Below, one piece after another: positions 19,574 through 28,644 of a DNA stretch of 64,000 nt. Position numbers and translations under genes: made by a program. The notes beneath the pieces are model-generated. The model was not told where the DNA came from and did not search any database. It was given only the letters and a program-made list of their open reading frames with translations. The DNA lies in NCBI GenBank assembly GCA_963817785.1, contig CAWFPL010000008.1, positions 172,113-236,112 on the forward strand, read 5' to 3'. How positions within the stretch are numbered: the first letter of the stretch is position 1; each line of letters starts with the position of its first letter. The DNA is from an uncultured Pseudomonadota bacterium. GTDB taxonomy: Bacteria > Pseudomonadota > Gammaproteobacteria > Burkholderiales > SG8-39.

Positions 19574-20455
19574 TTAACCTCCCTCTTGCACGGGGGGTTT
19601 GCTCCGGGGCGCGGGTTTTTCTACTGCGTCGAGCAGGGGTCGAAGATCGGCGTGGTGCCAGCCAGCTTGTCGCAGCGCGATGCGAAGCACCTCCTTGAAT
19701 GGGCCGCGGCGCAGCGATGACAAGCGCGCGCCGAATCCCGCTTTGGCGAGCTTGTGAAATTCGACGACGAAGCCCTGCGCGCGCGGGGTGCGCGGCCGCC
19801 CACCGCTAGAATTGCGTGACACCGGGATAGATGCGGCATACGACAGCAGGCTTTGAAGCTTCGGAAGATTCTTCTCGAATTGGCCAAGCGATTCCAGTGG
19901 GTCGGGATATCTGATTCTGATTCCATGCAAATGCGTTGGCCTGCTTTCCAGTACCGAGCTCCAGGCCGCGGATAGCCGCGTGTGGCCAGGGAAATATTCG
20001 CGAGCCTTTGCATAGGCGGCGATCAGCTCTTCCGCCTTCTTCTTGGCGCGCTCAAGATGCGTAATCGCCTCGCGCTCACTGCGCAGCGTGTCTCGATCTT
20101 GTAAGCGCAAGATCTGGTACGTGCCGATCAGACGCACCAGCTCATCGATGAAGGGTTCGCTATTTGCCGTGAGCTCCGATCTATCCAGCAATGCGGCAAT
20201 TTCCAGGCGAACCTGCGGCGGCATTTGGTAGCTGAGCCGCTGCACCCCGACGCCTGATAGTGCGCCAACGTAAGTGACTGAAGGCGTCTGTTCGGGCGGA
20301 TTTATCGAAGCAGCGGCAGGTGAGCTGTCGGATGAGAAATCCGGCATTGGACTGCCGGTCGCTGATGGTGTGGCACCGGACCTATCAGAAGGTCCTTTGA
20401 TGCGTGCTTGGGCAGCCCGCTTGACTCTCACCGGCTTCGACTTTCGCATGTGCAA
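19574..20455 (-). CDS. Hypothetical protein (copy A backbone)
   Basis: 293-aa ORF intact in both copies; GGRPR motif. Confidence 0.7.
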   Translation of the reverse strand: MHMRKSKPVRVKRAAQARIKGPSDRSGATPSATGSPMPDFSSDSSPAAASINPPEQTPSVTYVGALSGVGVQRLSYQMPPQVRLEIAALLDRSELTANSEPFIDELVRLIGTYQILRLQDRDTLRSEREAITHLERAKKKAEELIAAYAKAREYFPGHTRLSAAWSSVLESRPTHLHGIRIRYPDPLESLGQFEKNLPKLQSLLSYAASIPVSRNSSGGRPRTPRAQGFVVEFHKLAKAGFGARLSSLRRGPFKEVLRIALRQAGWHHADLRPLLDAVEKPAPRSKPPVQEGG

Positions 20456-20520
20456 AGCCCTCCCTTCGAGCCGCTAAACGCCGCAAGACCCTATCCCATG
20501 CCGCATGACGGCTGCCCTGG

Positions 20521-20654
20521 ACGGCGGCCCTTGACTGTGGGGCCCGGGCGCCTGTGTTGGCCGCTTGCGACCTTGCCGGGGTGCCCTGCGGGCACCCCGC
20601 GCAAGCTCGCTTGACGCTAACACAGGCGCCTACCCTCAGATCAAGGGCCGCCGT
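20521..20654. other. 134-nt imperfect hairpin, candidate single-strand origin (copy A)
   Basis: Nested stems ACGGCGGCCCTTGA/TCAAGGGCCGCCGT, GGCGCCTGTGTTGGC/GCTAACACAGGCGCC, CGGGGTGCCC/GGGCACCCCG. Confidence 0.6.
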
Positions 20655-20668
20655 AGAATGTATCCGTA

Positions 20669-20694
20669 GCCCCCCGTGTTACACGAACGGGGGC
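20669..20694 (-). other. Candidate nick site (dso/oriT), copy A
   Basis: GCCCCCGTTCGTGTAACACGGGGGGC: C-run, TAACA, G-run like Tn916/ICEBs1 MOBT oriT. Confidence 0.6.
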
Positions 20695-20715
20695 CAAACG
20701 CCGCAGACCAATCAT

Positions 20716-21513
20716 ATGACCGTGCTGATTATTGCTGTCCTCTGCGTGGTGATTGCATATGCGTTGCTGAAATATATGCTCTACGCCCGCCGATACTCGG
20801 CCGCACTCAACGTAGTGCTAGCAAAAGTTACATTCGAGCGACTGCTCCCGACCAAGCAGGCTGAGGTCAATTCGAAAGCACACGAGATCCTGGCCCGTCT
20901 AATGACGCGCCCCCCGGAGACCTTCGAGACAGAGGTACATCGCTTTGGTTGGTACGCCCTCGCAATGGCCGAGTTAGGAATTCAGCCTGCATTTGAGGAA
21001 CCGAGGTGGATCCTTATACCTAATCCCTTCCTCGCCGTTGTCCCTGGCGATCCAGCCTTTAAGAGAATTGTTAAATACTTGAAGCGCAAGTATGGCATCG
21101 ATATCCAATTGAAGAACGAGAAGTGCCCCGAGATTAAAGTCGAGGAGAAACCGAAACCGGCAGGGCCGAGAAACCGCACGTACTTGGACGAATTTAATGA
21201 GGTCGCCGGTAGCGTTATAGTGGGTGGTTACCGGACAATCGCATCGCGGCAAGGATGCGCCCCGTCGGCAAGAACAACGGATGAAAAGATCGTTCAAATT
21301 TACGTCCAGGTCGGCAGCGCATTTCAGGAGGCTGCCAAACAGCGTGGCGAGCACATTCCCGCACAAGTACTTAACTTCGTCGTGCTGCATTTCTTGCAGC
21401 TTTATGAAACGGCAGACGAGCAAATGTTTCATGAACACCTACGCTACGAGATCGCGAACTATCTGAAATCTGGGCTCCGCACTGACTACCAGCGTGAGCT
21501 TCCCTTGATTTAG
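20716..21513 (+). CDS. Cargo A1: membrane-anchored hypothetical protein
   Basis: N-terminal hydrophobic helix; visibly lower GC than backbone. Confidence 0.7.
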   Translation: MTVLIIAVLCVVIAYALLKYMLYARRYSAALNVVLAKVTFERLLPTKQAEVNSKAHEILARLMTRPPETFETEVHRFGWYALAMAELGIQPAFEEPRWILIPNPFLAVVPGDPAFKRIVKYLKRKYGIDIQLKNEKCPEIKVEEKPKPAGPRNRTYLDEFNEVAGSVIVGGYRTIASRQGCAPSARTTDEKIVQIYVQVGSAFQEAAKQRGEHIPAQVLNFVVLHFLQLYETADEQMFHEHLRYEIANYLKSGLRTDYQRELPLI

Positions 21514-21602
21514 ACGGCCGCATCGAGCGCAAATCGACCTTCGTCTACGCGACCGAGTTATCCGACCTTTGGCCCGGCTATTACACGCAGAGGGCTCTGA
21601 CA

Positions 21603-22022
21603 ATGGACGAGGAAGACTATACGCGGTTTAGCAAGTGGCAAGACGTCACCCGCGAACAACTCGGTGCAACGTCGAACCTCCTTCTCGGCCTTGCCACCGG
21701 CCTACTAGGTTTTACTACCGTGCTCCTTCTTGATCGCAGGCTAATCGTTTCATGCGCTTTCGGTTTCGGCGTTACAGCGTCGATCCTTCTCGCATTGTCA
21801 GTAGCCCTTGCACTCTGGTGCACAACAAATCGGCTCGCAGATTTCCGTCTAACGGCGAAAATCGCACATCCGAAGACTTGCAACAGTCAACGCGATGAGT
21901 TGCGGGAAGCATCAAAGCATCTCGGCGAGCGCACGTGGGGCATTTTCCGTGGTCAAGTATGGAGTTTCGCATTCGGTGCCGGCGCTATTGCCGTCGGTAT
22001 CATCATCCAGGTATTTTCGTAG
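21603..22022 (+). CDS. Cargo A2: small membrane protein with ~3 TM helices
   Basis: Three hydrophobic segments; ends just before att. Confidence 0.7.
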   Translation: MDEEDYTRFSKWQDVTREQLGATSNLLLGLATGLLGFTTVLLLDRRLIVSCAFGFGVTASILLALSVALALWCTTNRLADFRLTAKIAHPKTCNSQRDELREASKHLGERTWGIFRGQVWSFAFGAGAIAVGIIIQVFS

Positions 22023-22136
22023 CGATTATCACGGTAGCCCCCGACGCTTCGAGAGAGACGCCCTCCCAGCAGGCTTCGCTCGAGGGCTGGGCAATTCGCG
22101 AGAAATACGTTAGCTAACCGGCACCCGAACGATCCA

Positions 22137-22176
22137 GTGCCCACCTTCGCCCCGGTTGGGGAGCCAAGAATAGGGC
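22137..22176 (-). other. att junction, cargo end of element A
   Basis: Arm GTGCCCACCTTCGC + core GGGGAGCCA. Confidence 0.75.
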
Positions 22177-22462
22177 ATTTTTCACGTAAGTAGGCACTTC
22201 AAGCCGAAACCCTGTAGGCGCCATGAAGGCAATCGCGGCGCCCGACGCGCTGAACATCGCCCAAAGGTGGCACACGGGGCGTCTTTTCGCACAAGGCACG
22301 ATGTCGAACGACCCTGACGGAAGGGCCCCTCGAGGATCGTTCAGAAGCCGCCAGGAGCGACGCGCCCCCGGGCCGCTACCAAAGAGGAGACCGCACCGCG
22401 CACCGTAGCATCCAGCCTCCGCCTCGGGTACGCTCGCAGGCATCGCGGAAAAAGGACGGGGT

Positions 22463-22825
22463 ATGGACTCCATTGAGGCGCTCTGGTCGATCGTCTTTGC
22501 ATCGAACGTACAGCTGCTGCCCGGACAACCGTCGGCGGGCGGCGGCATCGTCGTGTTCGAGACCGGCCGCGTCTTCGGCGGGGATTCGACGATGATCTAC
22601 GTTGGTCGCTACCGCTTCCCGCCGGAGAGCAAGCACTTGGAGGCCGAGGTCGAGGTCAACAGGTTCCTCGCGGGAGGCGTCTCCGTATTCGGGGCCATCG
22701 ACCACTTCCACCTCAAGCTCACGGGGCAGTACCAGCGCGATCGCTTTGTGATGGAGGGGCACATGGTCGAGAACCCGGCGCAGCGGATCGCGATCGAGTT
22801 CGTGAGGCGCGCAGAGCTGCCGTAG
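22463..22825 (+). CDS. GrlR-family beta-barrel protein
   Basis: GGGIVVFETGRVFGGDSTMIYVGRY matches the GrlR-like G.G..v..G.i.GGD....Y.G pattern; AAGGA RBS. Confidence 0.6.
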   Translation: MDSIEALWSIVFASNVQLLPGQPSAGGGIVVFETGRVFGGDSTMIYVGRYRFPPESKHLEAEVEVNRFLAGGVSVFGAIDHFHLKLTGQYQRDRFVMEGHMVENPAQRIAIEFVRRAELP

Positions 22826-22836
22826 GTCGAGCCGCG

Positions 22837-23341
22837 ATGGAATCGCAGCACGCCAACCTGCCACCCGGGCGCCCGGCGCGCCGCGCAGGACGAAGGCGCT
22901 CGTGCGCGGGGGTCGCTGCAGCGATCGTGCTGGGCTTCTTGCCGCTGCTGGTCCGCGCGCAGCAAAGTGACGCAGCCTCGCGCCTCCATCATGCTCGAAC
23001 TCTGAAGTTGTCAATTTGGCACCGGAACCGTTACCCAATGGGAGAAAGGCAAGCCCACAGTCCGCAGCATGTCCGGGGACAGTGAAGCGGTGTTCGACGC
23101 AATTGACCTTAAGAAACACACGGCGCGCGTTATTGGCAGCGTCGGAGCCGACGATGTTGTGGCGTTGCCGACCTTGGTCGGGGTTTCTTTCATCGAGTCA
23201 GGCGCGGTCTTTTCTACGACGACTGTGTTCTCGACATCGGCAGGCGCCGACGCGTTCCTCGCGGTCGACAGCAGGCAAGATAAGTTCGCCGGCACGACTT
23301 TCGCCGAACAGTACCCCGGGATTTGCAGAATCTTGCAGTGA
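22837..23341 (+). pseudogene. Secreted hypothetical protein split by +1 frameshift near 23008
   Basis: Signal-like VAAAIVLGFLPLLVRA; removing one T joins to CQFGTGTVTQWEKGKP...YPGICRILQ. Confidence 0.55.
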
Positions 23342-23571
23342 GCCCGAGTCCATACGACACCCGCGACGCAACCGAGCACGCCCAGGTCGTCGCGCTCCTC
23401 GAGCGGCTCCCCGCCCAGCACCCGGCGCGCGCGGCCTACGCCCGTGGCACCGGCACGCTGGAGCTGACGCACCTGGTCGCCGATCGCTCCGAGCTGGTCG
23501 AGGAACTTAAGGAAGCGTGGCTCGCCGGCTACCGGCGGCTGCTTGCGCGGTCGAGCGGATTTAGGCCGTAG
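23338..23571 (+). CDS. Hypothetical protein (77 aa)
   Basis: GTGA overlap with upstream stop; GC-rich third positions. Confidence 0.5.
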   Translation: MSPSPYDTRDATEHAQVVALLERLPAQHPARAAYARGTGTLELTHLVADRSELVEELKEAWLAGYRRLLARSSGFRP

Positions 23572-23628
23572 TCCCAGGGCCCGTGTTGGGCCACTCCAGG
23601 CACGTAAATTCCCGCCAACAGTACTCGC

Positions 23629-23672
23629 GTTCGAGCCCATTCTGGCTCCCCGAGGAGGGCAGAACTGGGCAC
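23629..23672 (+). other. att junction, cargo end of element B
   Basis: Core TGGCTCCCC + arm GCAGAACTGGGCAC. Confidence 0.75.
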
Positions 23673-23794
23673 TGGGTGGTTAGGGTCGAACTACGCTTAG
23701 GCTCATGTTACCTGGACGGTGCTGGGCAAGTGTAGAGCGGTCGGAAGCGCTCCCGCCCTTGAGCAGTCGTTGTTGGGCGTGTCGTTAGCACTCT

Positions 23795-24556
23795 TCATCG
23801 GTCCACGTTCTGTTTGTTAATTACGGCATTTCGCTTCAGGAATCGAATCAGAATGGTTTCGAACTTCTTTCGCAGTTCCGCCTCGGGTACCTTGATGTAT
23901 GCGGCCGTCGTGACGATGGGCGCCTTGAACCAGAACTTTTCCTCGTGCTCTTGAATTCGCTTTCTAATGCTTGTCCCTTGGCCTACGTAGATCGGGCGTT
24001 CTGAGATGTCATACAGGACATAGATGCCGGGAACGTCGGGCCAATCGTCTTTATCTAGCGGATCGAACTCGAAGAATTCCCCGACCCCCTCGACGGTAGC
24101 TTCATCGCGGATCTCTTGCTTCGTCTCTGCGGGAACCTCTTGTTCTAACGCCTTCTCAAGCCGGCGAACAGTTTCGACACGCGGATTCTCAATGCGCCCG
24201 GACTCAATGTTATATATGGCCGGAGCAGAAACATCTGCCTTTGCTGCCAACTCGCCAACCGACAAGCGCCGTTCCAAACGAACGCGGTTCAGCCATGAGC
24301 CGAAGGCGGATGGACCAGACTCCTGCTCTGTTCCGTCTTCGTCGCGTGCCTTTTGATCCGCGGCATTGTTTGTTCGCGATAACCCTAGTACCTCGCGGAT
24401 GTGGGCTTTCTGGGAACGATCTGGTATGACTTTGTCGTTCTCCCAGTTCGAGATCGTCATCTGGCTCACATCGAGCTTCTCGCCGAGCTCGCTTTGAGAC
24501 CAAGCGTTCTTGATGCGCGTCCGGCGCATTCGCTCGCCGAATGAGATATTGGCCAT
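23795..24556 (-). CDS. Cargo B2: tandem XRE-type HTH domains + GIY-YIG nuclease
   Basis: Two HTH (SQSELGEKLDVSQMTISNWE; SVGELAAKADVSAPAIYNIESG); PGIYVL..PIYVGQ..IRKRIQEH..E..N. Confidence 0.85.
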   Translation of the reverse strand: MANISFGERMRRTRIKNAWSQSELGEKLDVSQMTISNWENDKVIPDRSQKAHIREVLGLSRTNNAADQKARDEDGTEQESGPSAFGSWLNRVRLERRLSVGELAAKADVSAPAIYNIESGRIENPRVETVRRLEKALEQEVPAETKQEIRDEATVEGVGEFFEFDPLDKDDWPDVPGIYVLYDISERPIYVGQGTSIRKRIQEHEEKFWFKAPIVTTAAYIKVPEAELRKKFETILIRFLKRNAVINKQNVDR

Positions 24557-24632
24557 AGCTCACAGACCTCCTGGAGGAAATTGTCCGTGCTAGTCGCGGC
24601 ATTCAACTGGTCCGCGCGGCATACCGGTTAAA

Positions 24633-24983
24633 TCAAGACTGCCGATCGCGTATGAACTCGTACACTTCATTTGGCGAATGAACGACGAAGCTATCAGCGT
24701 TTCCAGGCGTCTTGTCTGCTGCAATGGATCGAAGAGCCTGCAAGAGTCTTACCGACACGGGCGTGATGTCTTGGGACGCTAACGACGGATTGACCTTTAT
24801 GACTTCGGACAGCATTCGGTCCGCATCGTGGCGACTCATGAAGAAGCGGACAGGCCGTCGACCGGGATAACGGTTGTCGGGGATCGTGAGGTATTTACCA
24901 CTTGGCTTCGACTGGAGGACCCACGCCTCGGAGGTTTCCGAGAATTCAGATAGGACAGTATCGAGGGGTAGCGGTCGCGCCAT
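24633..24983 (-). CDS. Cargo B1: hypothetical protein
   Basis: 116-aa ORF co-oriented upstream of the GIY-YIG gene. Confidence 0.65.
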   Translation of the reverse strand: MARPLPLDTVLSEFSETSEAWVLQSKPSGKYLTIPDNRYPGRRPVRFFMSRHDADRMLSEVIKVNPSLASQDITPVSVRLLQALRSIAADKTPGNADSFVVHSPNEVYEFIRDRQS

Positions 24984-25054
24984 CGGTTTGCGTGCTTCTG
25001 TCGTAGTCTAAGTTGAAGTAGCCGGCCTGCAGTCCAAGATCCAGCAAACCCACG

Positions 25055-25080
25055 GCCCCCGAGCGTGTAACACGGGGGGC
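25055..25080 (+). other. Candidate nick site (dso/oriT), copy B
   Basis: GCCCCCGAGCGTGTAACACGGGGGGC. Confidence 0.6.
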
Positions 25081-25094
25081 TTCGGATACATTGT

Positions 25095-25228
25095 ACGGCG
25101 GCCCTTGATCTGAGGGTAGGCGCCTGTGTTAGCGTCCAGCGAGCTTGGGCGGGGTGCCCGCAGGGCACCCCGGCAAGGTCGCAAGCGGCCAACACAGGCG
25201 CCCGGGCCCCACAGTCAAGGGCCGCCGT
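25095..25228. other. 134-nt imperfect hairpin, copy B
   Basis: Homolog of 20521-20654. Confidence 0.6.
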
Positions 25229-25293
25229 CCAAGGCAGCCGTCATGCGGCATGGGATAGGTTCTTGCGGCGTTTAGCGGCTCGAAGGGAGGGCT

Positions 25294-26178
25294 TTGCACA
25301 TGCGAAAGTCGAAGCCGGTGAGAGTCAAGCGGGCCGCTCAAGCACGCGTCAAAGGACCTTCTGATAGGTCCGGTGCCACACCATCAGCTACCGGCAGTCC
25401 AATGCCGGATTTCTCATCCGACAGCTCACTTGCCGCCGCTTCGATAAATCCGGCCGCACAGACGCCTTCAATCACTTACGTTGGCGCGTTGTCGGGCGTC
25501 GGCATGCAGCCGCTCAGCTACCAAATGCCGCCGCAGGTCCGTCTGGAAATTACCGCATTGCTGGATAAACTGAAGCTCACGGCAAATAACGAATCCTTCA
25601 TCGATGAGTTGGCGCGCCTGATCGGCACGTACCGGATCTTACACTCACAAGATCGAGACACGTTGCGCAGTGAGCGCGAGGCAATTACGCATCTTGAGCG
25701 CGCCAACAAGAAGGCGGAAGAACTCATTGCTGCCTACGTAGAGGCTTGCAAGTATTTCCCCGGCCACACGCGGCTGTCCGCAGCCTGGAGCTGGCTACTG
25801 GCAAGCAGGCCAACGCATTTGTATGGGATTCCAATCAAGTATCCCGATACGCCTTCGGAGTCACTTGGCCACTTCGAGAAGAATCTTCCGAAGCTTCAAA
25901 GCCTGCTGTCGTGCGCTGCATCCATGCCGATTTCTCGCAGTTCTACGGGCGGCCGACCGCGCAACCCGCGTGCGCAAGGCTTCGTCGTTGAATTTCGCAA
26001 GGTCGCTACAGAGAGATTCGGTGCGCGCTTGCCATCGCTTCGCCGCGGCCCATTCAAGGAGGTGCTCCGCATCGCGCTGCGAGAAGTTGGCTGGCACCAC
26101 GCCGATCTTCGGCCCCTCCTCGACGCAGTAGAAAAACCCGCGCCCCGGAGCAAACCCCCCGTGCAAGAGGGAGGTTAA
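25294..26178 (+). CDS. Hypothetical protein (copy B backbone)
   Basis: Homolog of 19574-20455. Confidence 0.7.
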   Translation: MHMRKSKPVRVKRAAQARVKGPSDRSGATPSATGSPMPDFSSDSSLAAASINPAAQTPSITYVGALSGVGMQPLSYQMPPQVRLEITALLDKLKLTANNESFIDELARLIGTYRILHSQDRDTLRSEREAITHLERANKKAEELIAAYVEACKYFPGHTRLSAAWSWLLASRPTHLYGIPIKYPDTPSESLGHFEKNLPKLQSLLSCAASMPISRSSTGGRPRNPRAQGFVVEFRKVATERFGARLPSLRRGPFKEVLRIALREVGWHHADLRPLLDAVEKPAPRSKPPVQEGG

Positions 26179-26348
26179 TTGCTTTGACGCCATCGCCGAA
26201 GCGCCGCAGATTCAGCGCTGCACCGCAGCCACCCGCACTGAGTCGGGACAACTGAACGCGGTGCGCCGCGGGGCGGGCCCAGAGGGCCTCGCCCCGGCGG
26301 CTTTCTCGAAACGGAAGGGCGTCGGTTGCAACGTCGAGGGCATGGATC

Positions 26349-27245
26349 ATGGCGGTATGCCGCTTCTGCGAAAAGGAATTTGGTAGCAGGCAGGCGGTGC
26401 GCGCGCACCTCAAGGCATGCGCTGCCTATCTAGGCAGATTCACAAGGCAGGCGGCGTTGCCTGAGGCAGCCGGCGCCATGCCTACGCAGTCTCCGGCGGT
26501 CGCGTCCTTTGATCTGCCCGCCGAGGACTTCGACCCCGTGACCAAGATGCGCCAGCAGGTGTCGGCGGAGAAGCTTCGTTTGACGCTGCGGGAGATCCGC
26601 CAAGCGCACGGGGAGCTGGACGCCAAGGAGCAGGCGAGCCGTCGCGCCGCGGCCGAGCAGCAGGCGCGCGAGGCCGCGGCCCGGGCCGCCCCCGAGCGCG
26701 AGCGCGAGGCCGTCCGGGCGCGCGCTACCCTGGAGGCGGAATCGCGCCGCCGGGCCGAAGAAGCCAAGGAGCGGCACAAGGCCAAGCGCCGTCAGATTAT
26801 CCAGGACACCAAGCAGGCCGTCGTGGAGCGTTGGCCCGCCAGTTACCGCCTGAGTACGGAACTCAAGGCGCAGATCCTCCAGGCGATCGAGCGTGCGCTC
26901 GCTCCGTTGCCTATCGAAGAGCTACCTCAGGCAGAGCTGGTGCAGATCGCCGAAGGGGTCCGGGATCGGCTCCACGGGGAAGCGCTCGCCCGTCAGAGCG
27001 CGTTGGAGGCCCGCACGCAGCGACAGCAGGCACTGCAGCGTTACGGCCTGGAGTACGCCGAGCAGGAGCTGGAGGCGATCGAGGACCTGGACTTATCCGA
27101 GCGCTGGCGCATTGAATCGGTGGTGACCGAGGAGTTCAAGGCGCTGACCGGGGATGAATTGCGCGCCCAGGTGCGGGCGTGGGTGGATGACATTCTGGAC
27201 GAGGAAGGGATCGGCCTTGAAGACGACGAGGACGACACCGAGTAA
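26349..27245 (+). CDS. Zinc-finger/coiled-coil hypothetical protein (copy B)
   Basis: Homolog of 18507-19403. Confidence 0.75.
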   Translation: MAVCRFCEKEFGSRQAVRAHLKACAAYLGRFTRQAALPEAAGAMPTQSPAVASFDLPAEDFDPVTKMRQQVSAEKLRLTLREIRQAHGELDAKEQASRRAAAEQQAREAAARAAPEREREAVRARATLEAESRRRAEEAKERHKAKRRQIIQDTKQAVVERWPASYRLSTELKAQILQAIERALAPLPIEELPQAELVQIAEGVRDRLHGEALARQSALEARTQRQQALQRYGLEYAEQELEAIEDLDLSERWRIESVVTEEFKALTGDELRAQVRAWVDDILDEEGIGLEDDEDDTE

Positions 27246-27884
27246 GGCGGCTGCGGGTCCCTCGAAGCGAGCGAAGGCGCCCGCTCCGCGGTTGCTGCTG
27301 CACGGAATCGACACGATCCAGTGCGCCTACTACTTGCTGCCTCGGGGCCAAGCGCAAATCGACTTCGTGCAACTGCGCGCGCAGCGGGAGAGCCTACGCG
27401 AGGTGAGGACCCCCGAGCCGCAGCCGATCCAGCTCGGTGACATGGAGTTTCTGCTCGCCCCGCACGGCAGCGCCTCGGGCTACCCGTTCGTGCTCAGTAA
27501 CGCCGACTATCGCATCGAGTTCGGGGAATTCAACAACCCCTCGTTTTACGTCACCTACCGCAGCGAGGCGCTCTGGCGCGAGCCCGCCGAGGTGCGGATT
27601 TCAGCGATCGCGGACGCTGATTTCAGCGTGATCGCGGACGGTGTTTCATCGTGATCGTGGACGATCAACGGGCCGCGGGAGTGACGGGGTTTATCTTATC
27701 GTAATCGTCCACGATCAGGTTGAAACGCAGCTCGGTGCCGATGCGCCGAAGGCGGTTCGGTGCTCGTGTCGCGGGGCGCAGGCTTGTCCACGGCGGCGGG
27801 CGGCGCCTGCGACGCACGAACGCCGCGGTGGGCAAGCCGTGTGGAGGAGCATGACGTTGGTGCTCGCCGGATTGCGCGAAGCGC

Positions 27885-28625
27885 TCATGCTTTGCCCTCG
27901 TGTTCGCGCATCGACTTGTTGCCCTTCAATGCGATGCGGTGCGCGGCGTGCACGATGCGATCGAGGATGGCGTCGGCCAGCGTCGGGTCGTCGAGCCAGG
28001 CGTGCCAGGAATTGACGGGCAACTGGCTCGTGATGAGCGACGAGCGCGAGCCGACGCGATCGTCGAGGAGCTCGAGCAGGTCGTTGCGCTCGCCCGGGCC
28101 GATCGGGGCGATAGCGAAGTCGTCCAGCGCGAGCAGGTCGATGCGGGCGAGCTGCGCCAGGCGCCGGCCGAAGCTGCCGTCGCCGTGGGCGACGCGCAAC
28201 TCCTCGAGCAGCCGCGGGGCGCGAGCGTAGAGCACGGTGAAGCCCAGGCGGGCTGCCTGCTGAGCGAGCGCGCACGCCAACCAAGTCTTGCCCGTACCGG
28301 TGGCACCGGTGATCAGGACGTTGCGGCCGTGGCGCAGCCAGTCGCCGCCGGCGAGCGCGCTGATCAGCGCCCGATCCAGGCCGCGTGAGACTCGCCAGTC
28401 GATGTCCTCGATGCAAGCGCTCGAGACCTTCAGGCGCGCAGCCTTCAGAAGTCTGGTGAGGCGCTTGGCGTCGCGCCAGTCGAGCTCGCGCTGCACGAGG
28501 AGTGCCAGGCGTTCCTCGAACGGCAGCGCCGCGGCTGCGCTCGTGCTCGCCGGGTCCTCGAGCGCGTGCACGATGCCGTCCAGGCGCAGGCTGCGAAGTT
28601 GTTCCAAGGTGTGTTCGTTAAGCAA
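27885..28625 (-). CDS. istB: IS21 helper ATPase
   Basis: GATGTGKT Walker A, LLALDDF, ITSQLP, DAILDR. Confidence 0.93.
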   Translation of the reverse strand: MLNEHTLEQLRSLRLDGIVHALEDPASTSAAAALPFEERLALLVQRELDWRDAKRLTRLLKAARLKVSSACIEDIDWRVSRGLDRALISALAGGDWLRHGRNVLITGATGTGKTWLACALAQQAARLGFTVLYARAPRLLEELRVAHGDGSFGRRLAQLARIDLLALDDFAIAPIGPGERNDLLELLDDRVGSRSSLITSQLPVNSWHAWLDDPTLADAILDRIVHAAHRIALKGNKSMREHEGKA

Positions 28626-28644
28626 GGTAGGTCTCCTTCGTGGG

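Larger units (their letters stand above)
15431..22166 (-). mobile_element. Small integrative element copy A (serine recombinase + Rep_trans-like + cargo)
   Basis: Direct repeat GGGGAGCCA at 15431-15439 and 22158-22166; rejoined ends give an attP with 14-bp inverted arms. Confidence 0.8.
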
